Assembly (NCBI GenBank): GCA_964016885.1
Contig: OZ024750.1
Span: 28,644,001 to 28,708,000, forward strand
DNA from: Eledone cirrhosa
Lineage: Eukaryota
DNA: 64,000 nt
Direction of reading: 5' to 3'
Made by a program: the position numbers and the translations under genes. A model generated the notes under the pieces. That model was not told the DNA's origin and searched no databases. It saw only the letters and a list, made by a program, of their open reading frames with translations. Position 1 is the first letter of the stretch. Each line of letters opens with the position of its first letter. Positions 55,424 to 64,000 of this stretch are shown piece by piece.

Positions 55424-55488
55424 TATTTCATTATACATATTTCAGGGATACCAGATTAAATTATGGTATGCCTTCATCAGACAAAATA
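55424..55488 (-). ncRNA. Hammerhead ribozyme (left arm of fold-back about 55378-55727)
   Basis: Near-exact reverse complement of 55619-55683. Confidence 0.75.
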
Positions 55489-55618
55489 CAATATATAACA
55501 GTTTGTGCTTAACACTATGACTTATTATATAAACAAATCACTATCCAGACAGCCTCCATAAGTAATGGTTGTATTTTAAAGGGTACGTCAAACCTATTTG
55601 TAAAACTGTTATATATTG

Positions 55619-55683
55619 TATTTTGTCTGATGAAGGCATACCATAATTTAATGTGGTATCCCTGAAATATGTATAATGAAATA
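55619..55683 (+). ncRNA. Hammerhead ribozyme (right arm), same family as 9503
   Basis: TATTTTGT-CTGATGA-aggcATACCAT...GTGGTATccct-GAA-ATATGTAT-A-ATGAAATA. Confidence 0.78.
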
Positions 55684-55722
55684 AATATGGTTTTATAAAT
55701 ATAGTTTCCATTTATTAATATC

Positions 55723-55806
<84 letters not shown>

Positions 55807-56494
55807 GTAACAAAAACTTATGACTGGAGAGTCGTGAAGCTATAAAGTTGAACATCTCGTGTTTATTTATTTGTCAACTGAAGGAAAACCATTGAAAGTC
55901 TAAAAACCAAAAGGTAACCACAACTCTTTACATTCAAAATTTGATAGCATGTCTTTTGATGATTACAAAGGTATGGCAGAACAACGTGGCTTTTGTATGG
56001 AAGCGGCTACAATCTACAGAATCTCTCATATTACATGAGAAACCTTTGTATCTATACATCATGACCCAATATTACTTGAAGACCAAACAAACAAAAGTTA
56101 CCTTGTTGGATTTCCGTCGGTTTCGATGACAACTGTTACAGTCAGTTGTTTAATCAATGGATGAGCCTCTTCGCGAAATTAATGTGCTAGTGGCTGAGCA
56201 TTCCACAAGCGTGTATACCGTTAACGCAATTTTCAAAGAGATTCAGTAAGACATATTGTGTGACGAGGTTGGCACTTTGAATTATAGGTAAATACAGCTC
56301 ATTTATGACTGTTGGATGGATAAGCGCAACGTAAAATAAAGTGTCTTGCTCCCCGGGGACACATATCGCCAGGAGTTGAACCTACAACCTTATAGGTTGT
56401 TCACGGAACACCTAATCACTAAGCCACACGTCATCACTGTTGTTATCTCTCTAAATGCAATATGACGCTTACATCACATTTGTGATGTTTTCAT

Positions 56495-57765
56495 CAGGTA
56501 TGGCTGTGTGTTTAAACTTTCCATTCCTCAACTATGTAGTTTAGGGTTCAAACCACACATTAGGGCACCCAGGTATGGCTGTGGTTAAATTGCCTACACC
56601 TCAACTATGTGGTTTAGGGTTCAACCCTACACGGGAACATCCAGGTATGGCTGTGGTTAAACTGCCCACACCTCAACTATGTGGTTTAGGGTTCAACCCT
56701 ACACGGGAACACCCAGGTATGGCTGTGGTTAAACTGCCCACACCTCAACTATGTGGTTTAGGGTTCAACCCTACACGGGAACACCCAGGTATGGCTGTGT
56801 GGTTAAACTGTCCACTCCTCAAATATTAGGTTATGGGTGACCCACCACACGAGAGTACCCAGGTATTGTCGTGTGGTTAGACTGCCAACTCCTAAACTAC
56901 GTGGTTTAGGATTCAACACCACCACATGAGGGTAATCATGGTATAGCTGTGTGGTTAGACTGCCTATTCCTCAACTATGAGGTTTAGAATTCAACACCAC
57001 CACATGAGGGTAATCATGGTATAGCTGTGTGGTTAGACTGCCTATTCCTCAACTATGAGGTTTAGAATTCAACACCACCACATGAGGGTAATCATGGTAT
57101 AGCTGTGTGGTTAGACTGCCTATTCCTCAACTATGAGGTTTAGAATTCAACACCACCACATGAGGGTAATCATGGTATAGCTGTATGGTTAGACTGCCCA
57201 TTCCTCAACTATGAGGTTTAGAATTCAACATCACCACATGAGGGTAATCATGGTATAGCTGTGTGGTTAGACTGCCCATTCCTCAACTATGAGGTTTAGA
57301 ATTCAACATCACCACATGAGGGTAATCATGGTATAGCTGTATGGTTAGACTGCCCATTCCTCAACTATGAGGTTTAGAATTCAACATCACCACATGAGGG
57401 TAATCATGGTATAGCTGTGTGGTTAGACTGCCCATTCCTCAACTATGAGGTTTAGAATTCAACATCACCACATGAGGGTAATCATGGTATAGCTGTATGG
57501 TTAGACTGCCCATTCCTCAACTATGAGGTTTAGAATTCAACACCACCACATGAGGGTAATCATGGTATAGCTGTGTGGTTAGACTGCCCATTCCTCAACT
57601 ATGAGGTTTAGAATTCAACATCACCACATGAGGACACCCAGGTATGGTCGTGTGGTTAGACTTTCAACTCCTCAAATATTAGGTTTAGGGGGGTTCAATT
57701 CCCACATGAGGACAAATGTCTTTTACCATACTCTCGTCTCAACCAACTCCCAGTGAATGAATTAA
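56495..57765 (+). repeat. Minisatellite (72-bp then 78-bp units) built from tandem tRNA-like SINE heads
   Basis: Each unit has an A-box-like TGGCTGTG(TG)GTTA and B-box-like GGTTCAA (GAATTCAA in the 78-mers). The last unit continues into SINE-body-like sequence. Confidence 0.65.
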
Positions 57766-59319
57766 ATATAGCAATGGACTTTTAGTTAAGAACTTCACTT
57801 GGCAGCCTCGAAATGTCAAGATCAATTCTGTTGTGTGGTAATATACAGCCTTATATATTAAAGTGAAAAGATGAAAAGATGCAAACGTTTCCCAAATTGT
57901 GCGTGTATGTAAGTAAGTATGTAAGTATTTGTGTATGTATGTATGTAGGTCAACGACCCGTCGTCACATGGTACCATGGGCCCAGCACTATGTGTCAATA
58001 ATTGTCACAAGTGTAGTGTTTGTACCAGAGTTTTCAAGTCGCTGGCTGGACTAAAAAGTCACACTCGTTCAGCGCATCGGTAAGGGTTCTCCTACATGGA
58101 TATAAAGTAGTGGCCGTACGCGAAAACGAGTTGGCAGCTACCATGTATGTATGTATGGATGGATGGATGGATGAATGGATTGATGGATGGATGGACGGAC
58201 GGACGGACGGATGTTTATTTATAGTATATATGGATAGAGAAAGGAGGAGAGATACGGTAATGGGATTAGAGAAAGAGGGGAATAAAAAATATAGAATGAA
58301 GAAAGAAGACAAAAGCAGGAAAGAAAACTGTAGTTGAGAGAGAGAGTAGCCGATAGTTTTACATTTAATGAGTTGAAACATTGGCAGAGGTTCCAACAAA
58401 ACGTTGAATAGCGATTGTATCGTTTTAACATGAATTTGGAAATAGTTTTAGGAAAGTTACAAAGTGACGGTGGCGTCGGCGTTGTGTTGGGTGTTGGGTG
58501 TGGAGGTTACAGGGAAGAAGATTGTTTGTCATTAGTCTGTCTTAAGTAGTGTTTAATGGTACCGCGCTCCATACAAACATATATATATATATACACCTCC
58601 AACACACTCACACGTGTATGTATGTCTATTATTGTAAAAATGATCAAAATTCGAAGTTTCGTCTAACCCCTGTAGAGATCTCCACAGAGAAATGTAATTA
58701 ACTGAAGGAACTAAAGTGACAAACGAATCAATAGCAATTTCCGGTCCATAAGATTTCCACACTTGCTACCAACTATGTTACACACACACACACGCACGCG
58801 CACGCACGCACGCACGCACGCGCGCGCGCTAATACACAAACACATATACTCACATACACACACATACATATATACACACACATATTTCATATCCATAGTA
58901 CATTTATACTGGTGTTTTCTTTCACCTCTATTTCGGTCGTTTTAGGATATATATTTATATACTCTAGTTTATGCAATGGATTACCAATTTCCAACGTAAG
59001 ATTGATAAAGAGAGAGAGATGAGAATCTAACATTTTGATAGCACATGAGAAAATCACATATAAAATATGAGATGATTCGCGAAAATAGAATTAGAAAGGG
59101 TCAGAATATAAGGCTTATATCACAGACAAAAGATTCCATCTATAATAACTGTAATTATTCAGTTTCGTGTTATATAAATCAACAATGTGTTGGAGAGAAT
59201 TGTAGATGACAGCCATTTTGGGAAACTTTCCATCATAATTTTCTGGCAAACAGTGGCATTACGTAAAGAAAAGTGTAATGAGAATCAACATGTCAAGAGA
59301 TGGCGTTATAAGTGCCGAA

Positions 59320-60510
59320 GCCTGGCTTTAGATGATATTAGCAAACCAGATGTCTGGCTTTAGAGGACATTAGCAAACCAGATATCTGACTTTAGGGGAC
59401 ATTAGCAGATCAGATGCTTGGCTTTAGACGACATTAGCAATCCAAATGTCTGACTTTAGTGGACATTAGCAGACCAGATGTCTGACTTTAGGGGACAGTA
59501 GCAGATCAGATGCTTGGCTTTAGACGACATTAGCAAACCAGATGTCTGACTTTAGTGGACATTAGCAGACGTCTGACTTTAGGGGACATTAGCAGATAAG
59601 ATGCTTGGCTTAAGACGACATTAGCAAACCAAATGTCTGACTTTAGGGGACATTAGAAGATCGGGTGCTTGGCTTTAGACGACATTAGCAAACCAGATGT
59701 CTGACTTTAGGGGACATTAGCAGACCAGAAGCCTGACTTTAGGGGGCATTAGCAAACCAGAAGTGTGGCTTTAGACGATGTTACCAGAGCAGAAGCCAGG
59801 ACATAGACCACGTTACCACTAGACCAGATATCTGGACATAGACCACGTTACCACTAGACCAGATATCTGGACATAGACCACGTTACCACTAGACCAGATA
59901 TCTGGACATAGACCACGTTACCACTAGACCAGATATCTGGACATAGACCACGTTACCACTAGTCCAGATATCTGGACATAGACCACGTTACCACTAGACC
60001 AGATATCTGGACATAGACCACGTTACCACTAGACCAGATATCTGGACATAGACCACGTTACCACTGGACCAGATATCTGGACATAGACCACGTTACCACT
60101 AGACCAGATATCTGGACATAGACCACATTACCACTAGACCAGATATCTGATCGTAGATCAGGTTATCTAACCAGACATCTGGTTTTAGATAACGTTACCA
60201 CTAGACCAGATATCTGGACATAGACCACGTAACCACTAGACCAGATATCTGGACATAGACCACGTTACCACTGGACCAGATATCTGGACATAGACCACGT
60301 TACCACTGGACCAGATATCTGGACATAGACCACGCTACCACTAGACCAGATATCTGGACATAGACCACGTTACCACTAGACCAGATATCTGATCGTAGAT
60401 CAGGTTATCTAACCAGACATCTGGTTTTAGATAACGTTACCACCAGACCAGACGTTTGGTCATAGATTACGTTACCACCAGACCTAACGTCTAACCATAG
60501 ATCACGTTAT
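59320..60510. repeat. Composite minisatellite: 32-bp units (59320-59795) grading into 35-bp units (59799-60500)
   Basis: AGATGTCTGGCTTTAGAGGACATTAGCAAACC followed by GGACATAGACCACGTTACCACTAGACCAGATATCT. Confidence 0.92.
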
Positions 60511-60807
60511 CTGAAGATTTGTAACAAAGTGATATCTTTTGGGCTACATCCCCCCTCAAAAGCCGAACCCGGTATTATGTTGTGTCACCAGAACTAGAAA
60601 GGTTGACCTACATGGCTGTCGACTGGTCTTTTGCAATTCAGTGAAACATGACTTTCAGACATGCTGCCTTCTCAGTGACTCTCTGAGCCGCCTCAACCCT
60701 GAGATGTTTTACTGATAAGTCATTGTAAGTTGATTGTAACTTATCTATCTATCTGTCTATTTGTCTATCTATATGTATGTATGTCTGTCTGCATATGTGT
60801 GTGTATG

Positions 60808-60897
<90 letters not shown>

Positions 60898-61006
60898 TAA
60901 CAGATTAAACTTTAATCTGTTATTTAATAAATATTTGCTCTATGGTTCTTATATATATTTATCCGAGCCCTCTTTCGATTTTAGTCTTCAAATTTATTAT
61001 TATTAC

Positions 61007-61037
<31 letters not shown>

Positions 61038-61087
61038 GCACGCACGCACGCACACACGCACGCACACGCACACACATACGCACACGC

Positions 61088-61127
<40 letters not shown>

Positions 61128-61821
61128 GTGCATGTATATATATATGTGTATATACATAAATGTGTATATGTACATGTATGTCAGTACATATGTACACATA
61201 GTATATATATATACATGCATGTCAATACATATATGTACACATATGTGTATGTATACGTATGTGTATGTATACGTATGTGTATGTATACGTATGTGTATGT
61301 ATACGTATGTGTATGTATACGTATGTGTATGTATACGTATGTGTATGTATACGTATGTGTCTGTGTCTGTCAGTATATATATATATACGTGGGCTCAGTT
61401 ACACACACATCTATGTAGTCTTTAGAACTGAATCCCGTTGATAACGCGCACTCCTAGTTCAGTCAGGATACAAGAAACTTAACATCCTTTATGTAAGTGG
61501 ACAGTAAATGACTTATGGAGACGCAGAAACCCCAACACTGGACTTTACCATCATTCCAGGGGTCCGGTGAGTAAAAAACATTTATGCTTTCATATATTTT
61601 TATATCTGTATATCTGTTTGACCCGAAATAGGAGATCGAGTCTTTGCTGTGTGGATAATTAGTTTAACCACCATCTCAGTGTGTTTGGCCTTTAACGTAA
61701 GTTGTAAGCTCTAATTCTTTTGAATTATTGAGCGCTTGCCTCACAATTCGAAAGTGTTTTTTCGTTATTTCATAGGCTGAAATTCGATTCTCGCTAATTT
61801 TTACTTATATATATATATATA

Positions 61822-62445
61822 TCGAGAGAGGTAGGGAAAACAAAACTGTAGTGAGTGAAGAGGAGGGTAGAGTTAGACAGGGTAGAAAATGGTAGGTAAA
61901 GAAGGTAGTGTTAAATAGAAATAAACGAATAAATAAATAGAATAAAAACAATAAAAGAAAAGATGGCGAGAAATAGCTGAGTGAATAAATGGACCAACAT
62001 TGATGAAGTAAATGGTAATATAAAGGGAGTGTGAACCAAAACATGAGACGGGAGAGAAGCTGAAGTTTAGCGAACTTAAGGGAGGGGGGCGTCACTAACA
62101 CAAACTTTTTGTTACGAGAAATGTTTGGGCTGGATAAAACAAAAACACTTTTGTTGAGGGTTCGGATAAAATATAAATTGGATTGCATTAAGAGTAGTCA
62201 GTTGTTTGAGTGTTAACTGGAAGATTGTATGACATCGTGATGTCGGGAGAGGGGCTGAATTTGGCATCGTTTCTGGACGGTGTGATGTGTGTGGTTTGGT
62301 TTGGTTTGGTTGTGTTGGAAGATTAAGTTATAGATAGGTATGTTGAAGCCACGAAAAGAAAATATCTTATGTCTTACACAAGGCTGAAGACTTTGTTTTC
62401 ATATAGAGTGTCTAGGCCAAGTCAACTAAATAAACAAAACTACTC
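61822..62445 (-). mobile_element. Possible heavily decayed Penelope GIY-YIG C-terminus plus 3' UTR
   Basis: Frameshifted fragments suggest VY...KT.RYF..V.QH...NSA...LYFIRTLNK, followed by a pyrimidine-rich tail into (TA)n. By eye only. Confidence 0.3.
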
Positions 62446-62574
62446 CATTTCTAGACTAATGCCAAAAGGTGAAACCCAAAGACAATATGCGAAAGTAATA
62501 TGAAATGATTTAACCGGAGATTGTGAAACTTGTCATGGAGATATCAGTCTTCTACGGCCGGGAGTTTCCACTAA

Positions 62575-63290
62575 TAATGGTTTCTGATTAAGGTACAAGG
62601 CCAGCAATTTCAGGGAAGGGGAAAGTCGATTAAATCGACCCCAGAGCGTGACTGGTACTTTATTTTATCGATCCCATAAGGATGAAAGGCAGAGCTAACT
62701 TCGGCGGGATTTGAACTCACAACGTAATTATTCATTTATTTGCTATATTGATATTGGTTTCTGATTTAGGCACAAGGCCAGCAATTTCAGGGGACGGAAA
62801 AGTCGATTAAATCGACCCAGTGCATTACTGGTTCTTTATTTTGGGGGATATATATATATATATATATATATATGATTTCTGACTTAGGCACAAAGCCAAC
62901 AGTTTTTTTTTTTTGGGGGGGGGGGGAGTCGATTAAATCAACTCCAGTGCGTGACTGGTACTTTATTTTATCAACCCCGCAAGAATGAAAGGCAAAATTA
63001 ACCTCGGCGGGATCTAAACTCAGAACGTAAAGGGCCGTAACGCTATATCGCGAAACAGGGTGTCCAACGTTCTACTGATACTGCCAATCCACCACCCCTG
63101 GAGTTCCCACTAATGGGTGTGGTTTACAGTCGATTATATCGACCGCTGTACATGATTGATACAGATTTTATAGACCTCGGGAAAAGGTGAAAGACAAGGT
63201 TGATTTTGGTGGGATTTAATCTCAGAACGTAATGTACCGGAACAATTATTGGCAATCTTTTCATCTGGTGTTCTGACGATGCCACAAATC
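62575..63290 (-). mobile_element. Cluster of 3-4 SINE copies
   Basis: Family consensus matches. Confidence 0.8.
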
Positions 63291-64000
63291 CTCCACTCAC
63301 AAGTCCCAAATTCCCATTAATAATGCATACGAAAAAACAAGAATACGGGTAAAAACACATTCAACATTTTATGCACTAAATCCTTGAATACTAAACTTCT
63401 CACGGGGCATTAAACAACAAAAGCCTAGTAAGATTTAGAGATTGAGATAAAGAAATTAACGACAATTTAGTGTGAGTATTAGATAGGAAAATATATTTTG
63501 ATATCAGAGATGAAATCTCTCAACGGTCGCTGAAGAAACTTTAGCTGATATAGAGAAGACGAAAATATTAAATTGATAGCTCGTTACAGGGGCCTCATTT
63601 ACCTTTAACATGTGAAGGGGACAAACCAACATTTGTTGATTCTTAAAGGAGCATAAATTGCTTATGCTGCCTTTACCGGACCCTATCACATAAGTAAAAT
63701 GTTACGCTAATCAAATTTTATATATTCAAATGAAGTTCAGATATAAAAGAATAAGCTTAAAAAGAATTTATTATATCAAATAAACAAAAAATAAAATATT
63801 GCCGTTTGAAAAAGTAGAGGGGGCTTGTCTCCTGGTACCTCTCTGAAACAAAGCCTTTGGCTCATGGTGTAAGCTTGCCAATTATTTATTTATCTATCAA
63901 TCAAGCAACACACACACACACACTTTTCAGCAACATTATAGCCGTAGCGTTATGGATATCCTAATGGGTAAATATTTAAGAATATCAAAGCTCTGTATCC

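Overview
AT-rich, repeat-dense, essentially non-coding animal DNA. The SINE families and huge (TA)n/(CA)n/(CT)n tracts look like an octopod cephalopod (inferred from recalled repeat consensus, not checked). Almost all listed ORFs are translated microsatellites or minisatellites. Contents: about 30 tRNA-derived SINE copies, RTE-clade LINE 3' fragments, hAT and Tc1/mariner/Tigger-like MITEs, several minisatellites and one candidate minus-strand exon (11032-11238). The main signal is a hammerhead-ribozyme (HHR) retroelement system. An 8.9-kb array (15746-24645) of apparently identical 591-bp units sits in a (TA)n tract. Each unit carries a type I HHR with the U3-A8 core variant (15 HHRs). The array is arranged head-to-head, forming a palindrome with 4-kb arms and a 94-nt spacer. 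About 19 further intact or decayed Penelope-type HHR motifs are dispersed through the window. Many lie in small fold-back insertions with the same polarity (ribozyme-sense 3' ends pointing into TA tracts). My inference is a retrozyme-like circular RNA copied by rolling-circle, twin-primed reverse transcription at TA microsatellites.
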